Below, one piece after another: positions 15,201 to 25,423 of a DNA stretch of 64,000 nt. The stretch covers positions 22,506,001 to 22,570,000 of the forward strand of contig OZ296659.1 of the NCBI GenBank assembly GCA_965655095.1, read 5' to 3'. Below the pieces are notes generated by a model, which saw only the letters and a program-made list of their open reading frames with translations, made no database searches and was not told the DNA's origin. This DNA comes from Haplodiscus bocki. Its lineage: Eukaryota. Both the position numbers and the translations under genes were made by a program. Each line of letters starts with the position of its first letter. Positions within the stretch are counted from its first letter, which is position 1.

Positions 15201-18200
15201 TGACGCAATAGCAGAAGGTCTACCTTTTTATTTCCGTTACGTGGACGATATAATAATTGCTCTTCCCACCTGTAACGTTGCTGAACTGCTACAAAAAGTG
15301 AACGCATTCCATCCCTCCTTAAAGTTCACTCATGAATTTGAACAAAATAGTAGCTTATCTTTTTTGGACATTCTTGTGACGAGGAAAGATCGCTCTCCTG
15401 AGACGTCATGGTTCCAGAAGAAAACGGACACTGGAATCCTGCAGAATTTTCTGTCTGTCGCTCTCACCAGGTACAAGGTATCAATTCTGGGTGGCTTGGT
15501 TCATCATGTATTTAGAGCGTATTCAACATGGACTCTATTGCATCAGTCGTTAGAGACAGCCCTCACGATACTAGAATAACCAGGACCCACCAGCGTTTTT
15601 AAATCCTCTGGTCAGAAAGACCCTGACCTTTCTGGTTGCTTCACGACTCATGAGTAACCTCGATCAGAGGATTCCCGTTGTGAATAAGACAACTGGTTGA
15701 GAAAATTCATGTTTCATTCGCTCATCATGGTTTGGAAACAGTAAATTTTGTGAAGTCCATCATTGAGATAAGTAAAACGTTGCCTGTCATTTTTTTTTGA
15801 AAACCGAGGAGCTCTGAGATAATGTGTCTCAATTGAAGAACCCAGTACCAGTGTTCATCCGGAACGATGTTGCATACTCAACAACTTGCTCGGGGTGTGA
15901 TGCCCTGTATGTTGGCCAAACAAGCCATCTTACAACGCGTCTAGATGAAAATTGCCCCAGAGGCACGCCAGTCCGCGAGCATTTTGAGCATTGTGGTGTG
16001 TCGAGTAGCGAAATACGCCGGCAGTCCAGAATTGTCGATTCTGCTGAGTCCGTGGATTCGTTGCTGACACTTGAGGCCCTCCACATCGGGGATCTGCAAC
16101 CGCAGATAAATACTAAACACGAGTTTAGATCCAAAACCCTGATGCTGAGAATGGGCTGATTTGAGACGACTCTTGGTTTTGTAGCAAATAAATTTGTCAT
16201 CCTGAATTGTTGACGTTGATGTATCATCATATGATATTTTTTGTGTATTATGTATGTTGCTGAAGATGGAAGATTTTCTGAAATGCATTCAATATAACAT
16301 CTGATCTTCGTTTTTCCTTATCTTATTTTATCAGATGCTGTTACCCTTCCAATCTCATAAAAATTTTCCGTATTTGAATTCAAAATTTTCCGATATATGC
16401 AAATGGGGAAAAAGTTTTCAGTCTTGGACTTCCCGCAAATCTTGTATATGCGAAATGGGGGCATCGGGAGCATTTAGTATGCTCGATATTGTCTGGGAGG
16501 AACCTTGGTAAAAAAACTTATGATGGCTAATTGTTCACTCACTAAACTCTTTACGTCTGTTTTTAGTCGGTGCGTGTTAACAAGCCCGACTATTGGCGTT
16601 TTCTTCGAGCGAGCGAGTGTAATGACAGCTTTGATTGGTCGCATTGTCATTGGCCCACTGCATTTCTTGTTTACCGCATCGACTGCAGCTGTTCTCGGCT
16701 TAATGAGGCTGAAAGGCATTTGACTGTCCTCCAAGCCCTTTGTGATGGCGAATGGGCGAAACTACGGTTGACGAATGGTATTCGAATCTTTTAATGCTAG
16801 AAGAACCACATTTCAGCATCGCTAGAATTTCATGTATATTCGATCATTTTCAGGTAGTTTACCTGCACCCCTTTTCTTGACCGCCGCATGTTGAGCTTGA
16901 CCACCATTCCACAATTTATTCACATTTATTTTCTTGGTCACGACAATGCTTTCTATATCTTAGATGGATTTTCTTAACGCTAGTGTGCAGTTGATGTGTG
17001 ACGAGATTTCGAATGTTCAATTCTTTATAGTCGAGCGCAATTTCAAACCAATTTAAATATGACCTTTACACTACTAAAATCCTACTCCATAAGTTGAATG
17101 TAGTAGGACGCAAAGTTTAGATAAAAAAATATTTTGCGAATTTCAACAAAAATTCACTACAATTTCAATCTGTAAGAGCAACATTAAATTTTACTAAAGA
17201 GGATATTTTGGTAATTTCGAGTCAAGGAATATTACTAACTTCGCCTTTTAGGGATCTTGGGAAAATTGGTTTCTCCAGCAGCTTCCTCGGTCGGTACAAA
17301 TCTGTACGATATCAGTACAAAAAAACCTTCAACCCTTAGTACTTAAATGCATAAAACGCAAGTTCTCATTTTACATTTGAAACCACTTTAATGCAACACA
17401 TGCCAGTATCGTTCAAAAGCCCCCTAATGCCCCCCTCGAGTACAAGCAACTTCTTCTGTGACCATCAAAAAATTACTTGCGCTTGAGTCACGCTGCTTGC
17501 TAATTCGCTCATTTAGTATTCATTGTGTTGGAAATGAGTCATTTAAAGCAACGAATCAAAGCTTTTGGGTCAGAACAGACAGCTGCGACAAAATTGATCA
17601 AATGGAGAAAGAAGCGCTATTCTATATTGATGCGATAAACGCCTTGAAAAGTTTGCACAGAGAGCTAGCGTTCCCGAATAGCGGAAGAATATGTCAAGAG
17701 AAAATCAAGGCCTCGTGGAACTTTTAACGGAACACCAACAAACTTGAACGTTAAAGGTGAAACCATATTATCCCACTAAGGAACAATTTGGAGTAACCCT
17801 GGCAATGTCCATCTATGGGTTAGCACTCTTGCTCGTCAGAGATTTATAAGAAGAACCTGAACTAGCCCAGATATGGCATGTTGGTCGACGGGAGCGCAAT
17901 AGGAAGTCTTAGGTCGCTTGTCAATTCAAATAAAAAGTTACAAATCCAAGGACCTGTGTTCAGATACAACAAGTTCCACTTGATATCATGAGCTTTGCGC
18001 ACTAAAAGCACGATATCTGATGAGAGACGAAGATATTGAAATAGTTGAAGGACACTGTGTCCTCACAATTCTGTTATTGCATCGACGAATTCATCGGACA
18101 CACCCCAGCCAAGGATTGTAAACGCAAATTATTATTTTGCGCCGTAATCTTAAGAATAGGAAAGCAAAATCTTCCTCTCAAACAGGTCCGTTTTTTTACC

Positions 18201-21200
18201 CGATATTTGCCAATTGAGCTCGCGTAAACGAGCCAACATCGGTTGTTCACGTGTCTAAAAAATTTTTTTCATGAAATTGAAGTAAATTTGTCGTAGAATG
18301 CGAATGAAATAGTGAAATTCTTGAAACGCTTAAAATTTTTTTTTTTTTTAAAATATAGATAGGTTTTTCGGAGAAAAATCTTGAATTTTTTCAAAATCGC
18401 TCAAAGTAGCAAATTTGCCGTAGAATGCGACTGATATAGTAAAAATTCTCAAAACGCTCGAAATTTGGGTTTTTTTTCAAAAAAATAGATGGGTTTTTGC
18501 TTCAGAATGCGTATCGAGTGATTTTATTTGAAAATGTCTCTTTCGCCCTGTTGACAAAAAAAAACAGAAAATTTTGAACGTTGGAATAATTAGAAACTAT
18601 GATGAAGTTTTTTCAAGGAAAAAACGTTCTCACCTTCTAAAATTGCATCTTTACCAAATTGGGGGGGTGCAAAATATGCCAGTGTGGTAACCGGCCGTCT
18701 TGTTGACAAATTCACTCAACACCTTAAAAAAATTTCAGCGCTATGGTCATCAACCGCTGATTAAAGTTGTTCGAAATGAGCAGACGTTTCTTTCACGAAA
18801 AACACAGAATCAGAAAGAACTCTTGAAAACTCCGCAATGATGACAAAACAAAAACTGATACCGAGCATCAATTGTCGCGGTCATCACACAGCTGTCGAAC
18901 AATTTCTTTTCTTCCACTGAAAAGGCTTGAACATCCTAACTCCCGCTGATAAGAAATCATTTGGACCGCCGAAACAACGCAACAAAATAATACACCAAGA
19001 TGGCGAACCTCAACACATTGGAAGTTCTTTTAAACACAAATCAACAGTTGCTGAGAACGAAACCCGCTTCGATTTCCAAGCAAGCTTTTTATGGGAGTTC
19101 AATTTTTTCAGAAAATACTTCGACGTTAAAATCTTCGAGCCGCTTGCGAAGTCTTCAAGGAAAGAAAAAAACTCTGCAAATATCATGAACCTTTCGAAAA
19201 AGCTGAAATATGAACACAGAATAGCAGGTGTGCAAAATTGCAATAATTTTCGCATGCACAGGAGCACGACTTCTGCCTCGAAGGAGTTTGCCTCTCGGTT
19301 TCCCCCGAAAATCAACCGGAAGAGCCGGATAACTGTTGATCCGATAGGTTGAATTCGGACAAAAAAATGCTGCCTCACGAAGTTCCATACTTGCATAAAG
19401 GGGAGGGGCTGGTTCCGACGATAAAAAATTGAAGCCATCCACTTCTTCGCTAGTTGATGGGAAAAGCCTGCCGTTCCTTATCCGGACAATCTTGAATAGT
19501 GATCATTTTACCTCTATATATTTTTGATAAAGATTTTCTTGAATACATTAAGACTATTTAGCGAACAATTTTTTCATCCACTCGCTGATGTATAGGTTAA
19601 AAATGAGGACATTGAGAAGTCAAAAGCTATTGAATTGAGTAAAATCAGTACGGAAGATAAAACTTCGTCTAAGATAAATTAAATACTCGGTAACGATACA
19701 TCCATACCACACACATGCGCAGAATGCAGGATCGTCAAAACTATTTGAGCGGGAAATGTCTGTGGCTTCCAAACTTTATGGAAGGACCGTTATGGACACT
19801 ACGGAGGATTTGAAGCTAGTTGCGTACTGACATCTGACTTTTCTTTTAACCGCCCATTCCTGATGTATATGTTAACGTATGGCAGTTTCTTGCCCCAGGG
19901 AGTTTTCGCCCCTGAACGAGGGCACGAAGTGCACTGGGTCATGCGAAAACGCCCGTGGACAGAAAACTGCCATGAGTTAACGGATTTTTCCACAGAACGG
20001 TGGAAAAACTCTCAAAAACATTTTCACTTGAATATCAGTCTACGTTGCTTGATGTGAATAATTCGTCGGATGCAATGTCACTCAATATTTCTTTGAGCAC
20101 TTTAACAAAATCATACATACAAAAAACATCGAAATATTCAAAGATGAGCTGTTTATAAAGACAGATACTAAATTTTGAATCATTGTTTTTTAAAAAATTC
20201 GCTTTTGTCGCGACAAAATGGATGTTTAAATTTTTGCAAATTGATCACTTTACAAATGCCTTTCTCAATCACTAGAAAAAAATTGACAGGTTCTGGGTCA
20301 CAGTTTTTTCACAACTCTCTAAATGTTGTGATAAACTTATTAACATGACGAAAAAGACAGAACAGTAGTAAAACAAACTATCACCAAATGCCAAAAGAAA
20401 ATGGGATCTATCACATGGTGGAATGTACGGGTGATGGAAGTGAGTTCATATTGTGGTTAAACTCTCTGGCTTGCGGAGCGCACACCCAGGAATTTCCTGA
20501 TCCGGGCGTTTCTGTGCGGATTCCACGAGCGAGTTGTTGCAAGCGATAGCAGGCCATCTGAATGGTAGTAGGATTTCGAAGCATATGCGATCGCGAAATA
20601 CGGGAGGCGGGACAACGCAGGCAATGAGGGACACGACGATGGGAACCCGAACGAGGATCCATATGAACAAGTCATTACGGTAGCAAGTTATTGTGGTGCG
20701 AACATAACGAGAAAAGACATTAGAGTACGCCACCGTCTTCCCTCGTGAAATGGTGGTAAGCGCCTATTGAATTCTCGGTTTGTCAGGAAAGGAAGAAAGA
20801 TAGAGCTGATGAACAAGAAAAAGGTTGAAGATCAAGCAGCCGGCGTTTATGTAAATGACGATGTAACTCGACACCGATGGCACACGCAGTCTTCTCTACG
20901 CAGGGAGAATAACCTTTACTCTGCTCAGCCAATGAAAGAAAAAAACGTAATTCATGAAAATAATTTGAAAACTTTAAAACAGTCTGTATAAAGTCAATCA
21001 AGCCTTCCCAAAACTAATGCAGAGATTTATATCGGACAATAATGCTACTCCTTATCGAAACAGGACCCTCCCGTTCATGGAGATAACAATACTACTCCAT
21101 CTGATGTTATTTCTGAACACAATCAGTCACTGAAAAATCTACATCTGATTACATGCTCTTTGCCCGAACACATTGATGAACTCTAGCATCCTAAAACATC

Positions 21201-24200
21201 CTACTGTTACCATAATTTGTGTTAGCGAAACGTGGCTGCAAAATGAGTCTCAATAAAGACTGTTTCGACTGAAAAAAATGTTCTTTACAAAAAAAAACAT
21301 TATTTTGAACACAGAAGCATAGCTATTTATATACATAACTCATTCAAGGTTGAAGTTAGAGAATCCAACTTTCTCACTACACTTAAAGTTACATGCACTT
21401 CACAGTAAAAAAAGTTGGTTGCATGTTCAACTCCTCCGAATTCTAAAGCACAATTCATTTTTGAACTGATCCGTTCGCCAGCTGAAATTTCTGAAATTAT
21501 GGAAAACTTTTATGTGTTTCAGGTGATATGAAGACTGACTTATTGAAACAAAAAAATTCTGCAACATCAAGCTCTGATGGAACATTGTGTGAAACAATTT
21601 ATTACTTACCAATCTCAACGATATTCGCATAATCCCAGACGCTTATTCCACACAGAAAAAATGTTAGATTTCTCAACCATGACAAAAATCGACATCTGCC
21701 AGTGAAACTTATATCTGAGCTACCAAAACTGCAAATGCTAAAAGATCTGAATGGTGTTATGGATCAAAAATTCGTAACTATTATTGTCTGTCATCGAAAA
21801 ACACTACATTCAAGGTGATGAAAAAAAGCAGAGGAAAACTGCCTAGGTCCAACTGCAACCTGAAAAGGCCAATGCAAAAAGGTAGTCTTTGTTAAGGTAA
21901 CCAGGGAAGCACGACAAATTCCGTTTCAAATATGAACTTATGAGAAAAATGTCACTATTCTCAATAAATGAAAAAAAAACAATAGTATTTCAAGAAGAAA
22001 TTCAACACAATTTTTCTAAGAAAAGACAATGTTTTCAATGAAATCATTGATATAACAGGAAAGAAATCACCAAGACGGCAAATATTTTCAAAATTAGTTT
22101 AAAGAAGTCTAGTTGTCGATGACAATGGAAAGGTGGCAAATTCGTTTTCAGGTTTTTCTGTTCATGTTGGTTGAACTTATGGTGATTCCTGCACTATAAT
22201 ACCTAGTTTCAATTTGCACTGATAAGCACCTCGATGTACAAATTCCATACAGATGACATATATTTAAAATAGTGTCTGCTTTGAAAACAGACAAGGCCAC
22301 CGGACAGGATGGCATCTCACAAAAGGTTGTTGAAGCAGTTTACCCTGTTATTTTATACTATTTTCATCGGCATTGATTATTGCTTCATTTGAAGATCGAA
22401 TCATCTCGGATTGCTCGCAGAAAGCGCAACTCCGGTGCTCACAAATGGCTCAAGTCTCAAAGACCAGTCTCAATTTTACCCATTCTGAGTGAAATGTTTG
22501 AAAGCGCCGTACGTTAGTTACGGGCCGCGCAGCTATATAAATCTGAGTAAAAGGCAATTTCCAATTAGAAGAAAAAAACGAAATTGTGAAGATGTCATTC
22601 AATTTCATCAAACAACAGAGCCGCGTCCTTCGTGTTTTTAGCAAAGCATTCGATGCAAATGAAAATATTGATACACAAATTCCAAAGAAATGGTGTCAAA
22701 GGAGTTGTAGTTGTGATTTCCAGCCTATTTCTCAAACCGTAAACAGTATCAGTAAAAGGAGCGTATTCACAATTTCTTAAAATCAACAGCGGTCCGCCTC
22801 AAGAATGGATTCTTGCGCTCTGTTGTTCATAATAAACGCAAACTAATTTCTCAACTCTCGTGTCGTTTTTGATGTCTATATGTTCGCCGAAGATACATCT
22901 GTTTTATATTCCAATTATGTTTTCGATGTCATACATTCCCTACATCTCGACAACATACAGAAGTGGATTGTTGATTATATTCTGCTACTCAATGTGAAGA
23001 AACCAGAACTCATGTGGTTAAGAAAATCGGAAAGAGAAAATGTAAAAGGTAAAGAAGTTTTGACAGACACAGATGTAGTTGAACAGCTGGGCATAAATAG
23101 ATGAAAAAAATTCTATTTTCATGTTCACGTTGAGAAAGTATTGAAAAATCTGTCATAATATGTTTTCGCACTGAATAAAAAAGGACGTTCGTGAGTAGAC
23201 ATATCCTAATTCTATGCTACATTGTTATAGAGGGAACCTATATTTCGTTATGTTTCATGGATACACAAATAAATCTAAGCTCTTGCTTGTGCACAAACCA
23301 CAGAAAAACTTGCTTAGAATAATCCATTTCAAAAAACCAGAGATAGTGTAACTATGCTATTTTTAGGAAACAATTTTTTGAGTGTCTGATCTGTATATTT
23401 GTGAACCAAATAAATTCGTTTTTATTTCATCCGTGAGCAGATTTTCTCCGACAGAGTATTCGAACACTTCTATCAACGTGATGATATACGGCAATGCCAG
23501 ACAACGAGAAACGTTACCTCGGGACTCTTCAAAACGATGACCGAAGTTACAGATAAGAATTCTTTGATAAGGCGAGGATCAGCTCTGGCAAATTACTTGA
23601 TCAGCAATGGCTTAGTCTATGATTTAGAATGTAAAAAACCAAACTGGAGTTAAGAACATAGATAAGCTAAGAGACGCATCGGTTGGCAGAAATCTGACAC
23701 ACTGCTCAACAAAAAGTTCTGATTTCATTACCTCTACACCTATCTTTATGTACGTGCTTTGTTGGGGCTTCCAAACCTATAAGGTCCATTCATAGAGGAA
23801 GTCAGTTTCTGATTCTCGGCATACCTGTTGCTGATATTAATTTGTATAATCTGTCAGAATAAATTCAAATCTTGTAATGTCGTTTTCGATCACGCTCAGC
23901 CGAATTGATGACTTTTTAAACACGTGCTCCTTATGGTTCTCCCCACTAATATTGGCTTCAGTACGCACGAACCTTGGCTATTCATTTTTAAATCAAATTT
24001 AAGTGGGAGGTTTTTCATCAATTTTTTAAAGTGGGAGGTTTTTAAATCAATGGCAAGTTATTAAAAGAAAAGACCCAAGTGCGATATCATAAAAATATTA
24101 GAAGTCTAAGAGGAGTTTCTACTAACTGGAACTGAAATTCTTCCTTTGAGTTGTTGATGTAAATGTTCGAATCTCTGGGCACTCCGAAGAAAATTTTGTC

Positions 24201-24406
24201 GTAATTGTCTTCCTCCTGTTTCACTTCGTACACCTGATGTGACAGACATCAATCAGTTAGGAGGTTCGAAAAAAATACATGAAAGCGAACTGATAGAGAT
24301 AAATGCATCGGACAAAATCAGATACTGAACTTGACAATATACGTACACAAAGAGTTTTCTTCGTAGGTTTTACGCGTCCAAATATCTTGATAGTTTGTTT
24401 CACCAT
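5735..24406 (-). CDS. KIF6: Kinesin-like protein KIF6 (kinesin-9 family), 12 coding exons: complement(join(5735..6259,6868..7003,7219..7339,7541..7696,8248..9073,9373..9516,10352..10684,11016..11234,13033..13075,13432..13506,24127..24233,24347..24406)); 914 aa
   Basis: Spliced translation gives N-terminus [15 protein letters not shown]-loop AYGQ/TGSGKT, switch I NQASTRSH, switch II DLAGSE and HIPYRNS. It also has KIF6-like tail segments ([39 protein letters not shown]). All 11 introns are GT..AG with matching phases; summed length 2745 nt is divisible by 3. Confidence 0.95.
6868..7003 (-). CDS. KIF6: KIF6 exon 11 ([23 protein letters not shown]...KEFEDWW)
   Basis: Conserved KIF6/KIF9 C-terminal coiled coil. 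Confidence 0.9.
7219..7339 (-). CDS. KIF6: KIF6 exon 10
   Basis: tttcag / GTAAGT; coiled-coil [14 protein letters not shown]. Confidence 0.85.
7541..7696 (-). CDS. KIF6: KIF6 exon 9 ([17 protein letters not shown]...)
   Basis: Resembles KIF6 stalk; phase 1 at both ends. Confidence 0.88.
8248..9073 (-). CDS. KIF6: KIF6 exon 8 (end of motor, neck coiled coil, kinesin-9 stalk, S/N-rich linker)
   Basis: [17 protein letters not shown]...[25 protein letters not shown]. Confidence 0.92.
9373..9516 (-). CDS. KIF6: KIF6 exon 7 ([23 protein letters not shown])
   Basis: Microtubule-binding motif; ttag / GTTAGT. Confidence 0.95.
10352..10684 (-). CDS. KIF6: KIF6 exon 6 (switch I/II region)
   Basis: [25 protein letters not shown]. 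Confidence 0.95.
11016..11234 (-). CDS. KIF6: KIF6 exon 5 ([24 protein letters not shown]...SYLEIYNE...DLL)
   Basis: P-loop, GIIPR and SYLEIYNE motifs; tttcag / GTTAGT. Confidence 0.95.
12471..12790 (+). pseudogene. SLC45-family (GPH/MFS sugar transporter) exon relic, antisense inside KIF6 intron 4
   Basis: Frame reads [37 protein letters not shown]...[20 protein letters not shown], matching SLC45 motifs DR-x-GRRRPF and LDF-x-D-x-QSP; two in-frame stops. Confidence 0.75.
13033..13075 (-). CDS. KIF6: KIF6 exon 4 ([14 protein letters not shown])
   Basis: [11 protein letters not shown] motif; ttcag / GTTGGT. Confidence 0.93.
13432..13506 (-). CDS. KIF6: KIF6 exon 3 ([24 protein letters not shown])
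   Basis: Kinesin FDxVF motif; tttag / GTGAGT. Confidence 0.92.
14050..16330 (+). mobile_element. Decayed Penelope-like retroelement (RT + GIY-YIG endonuclease)
   Basis: [47 protein letters not shown]; [24 protein letters not shown]...LEALHI...PQIN; frameshifts and stops; 5' limit approximate. Confidence 0.9.
16251..16299 (+). ncRNA. Minimal type I hammerhead ribozyme (degenerate) at the 3' end of the Penelope-like element
   Basis: tgtatgttg-CTGAAGA-t-ggaa(gatt)ttct-GAA-ATGCAT(palindrome)-T-caatataaca; stem I arms pair with G-U. Confidence 0.6.
17480..18240 (+). mobile_element. Highly decayed non-LTR RT fragment, CRE-like type
   Basis: [17 protein letters not shown] (cf. DASNAFNSLNR), [10 protein letters not shown] (cf. 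GDPLAM.MYAL), AQIWHV..GSAIG (cf. QVWYADD.SA.G), KLQIQGP. Confidence 0.6.
18225..18705. repeat. Non-autonomous interspersed repeat with ~127-bp internal tandem units, possibly Helitron/Helentron-derived
   Basis: aaatttgYcgtagaatgcga at 18284 and 18411; GC-rich end followed by tcttgtt. Confidence 0.4.
19871..19981. mobile_element. ~110-bp hairpin/MITE with TTAA-containing ends
   Basis: gttaacgtatggcagtttct ... agaaaactgccatgagttaac imperfect inverted repeat extending inward. Confidence 0.5.
20340..23875 (+). mobile_element. Heavily decayed CR1/L2-group LINE in KIF6 intron 2
   Basis: ORF1 relic YGRRDN...DIRVRHRLP...RFVRK...VYVNDDVT; [11 protein letters not shown] (~21216); [12 protein letters not shown]; SGPPQ (cf. 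SGVPQG); MFAEDT (cf. FADDT); AATAAA near the end; limits approximate. Confidence 0.75.
24127..24233 (-). CDS. KIF6: KIF6 exon 2 ([35 protein letters not shown])
   Basis: Acceptor catcag, donor GTTAGT; phase 0 to 2. Confidence 0.88.
24347..24406 (-). CDS. KIF6: KIF6 coding exon 1 ([20 protein letters not shown])
   Basis: ATG at 24406; donor GTACGT; phase 0. Confidence 0.9.
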
Positions 24407-25117
24407 GCCCTCACCTGAAACGTGCACTATAAGCTCAAAAAAAGGCTAAGCAGAAGCTTCGCAACACACGCTGATCGAAAAACCAAAGGTCCAAAAAGGG
24501 GTTTTTAAACTTCACTCCGTTTTGGAAATTTTTCACAAAAAAAACAGGAACTTCTGAAAATGGCTCACTGTAACAAACTGGCCGAAAAGAGTCACAGCAA
24601 TTTCGTTGATTTATTGGAAACTGACGTTTTGTTGACAAAATTTAGTTCAAGTTACGACGATATAAAGATACAGCAAGGAAGCGTGAAAAATGTTTTCCAC
24701 AAGGATCAGTCGTTTGAGCACATTTCTGCAAGCAATTGCTCCACCGCTCAGTTCTGCGCGTGCCAGAATGTGTCCTGGCCCGATAACTTTTTTTGTTTTG
24801 CTCTGCATTGTGCGATTTCGGCTAGGAACCTGTTGACAGGTATCGAAAGGTACCAGACATGTCGTCAGCGAGCCCATTTTTTCCAAAGCGAGCCCATGTT
24901 TCCATAAGAGACCCCAACACACAGCCGCTGCAAAAAACAACCTCCAAAACATCAAAAATTTAGCTGACATTGTGATAGCGTTGTCCACAACCTCGGAGTG
25001 AAGTCGTTGTTCACCAGTTTTTCCTGCTTAGAGGTATTGAAATTCATGTTTTTCTCAAACTGCTTCGCATTGCAATTCGTTGAGAGCGTTCGTGACTGCG
25101 ATTTTCACTTTCGAGTG

Positions 25118-25131
25118 GTGCCCACGGTAAC
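25118..25131. promoter_or_regulatory. Candidate RFX X-box upstream of KIF6
   Basis: GTGCCCACGGTAAC fits GTHNYYATRRNAAC at 12/14 positions, ~0.7 kb upstream of the ATG of a cilia-associated gene. Confidence 0.3.
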
Positions 25132-25423
25132 GGCATACGGAATACGGCAAATTTATTGCGTCAAAATTAAAATCAAACTGTTCATAGCGTCGAAATTATA
25201 TTAAATTATTCATCTCGTGGAAATTCCTAGACAATTCAGAGCGTCGAAATTGAAATGATTCATTGCGTTGACAAAAAATGCGACACTTTTCAAAGCGTCG
25301 GAATTTCGAACGAACAATCGAAAACGTCCTGTTTGCAAAATCTTTAATAGTAGTAGTCGGCTTCTTCCCATGGGAAATCTTCCATCCCTGATTTGTTTGC
25401 TCTTTGTTTGGCTCTGGTAGTCA

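Noticed and set aside
5735-24406. KIF9 instead of KIF6
   Set aside because: N-terminal MVKQTI and C-terminal IPLTGD..TDADI.AF.KARQ match KIF6 as I recall it; a phylogeny would confirm.
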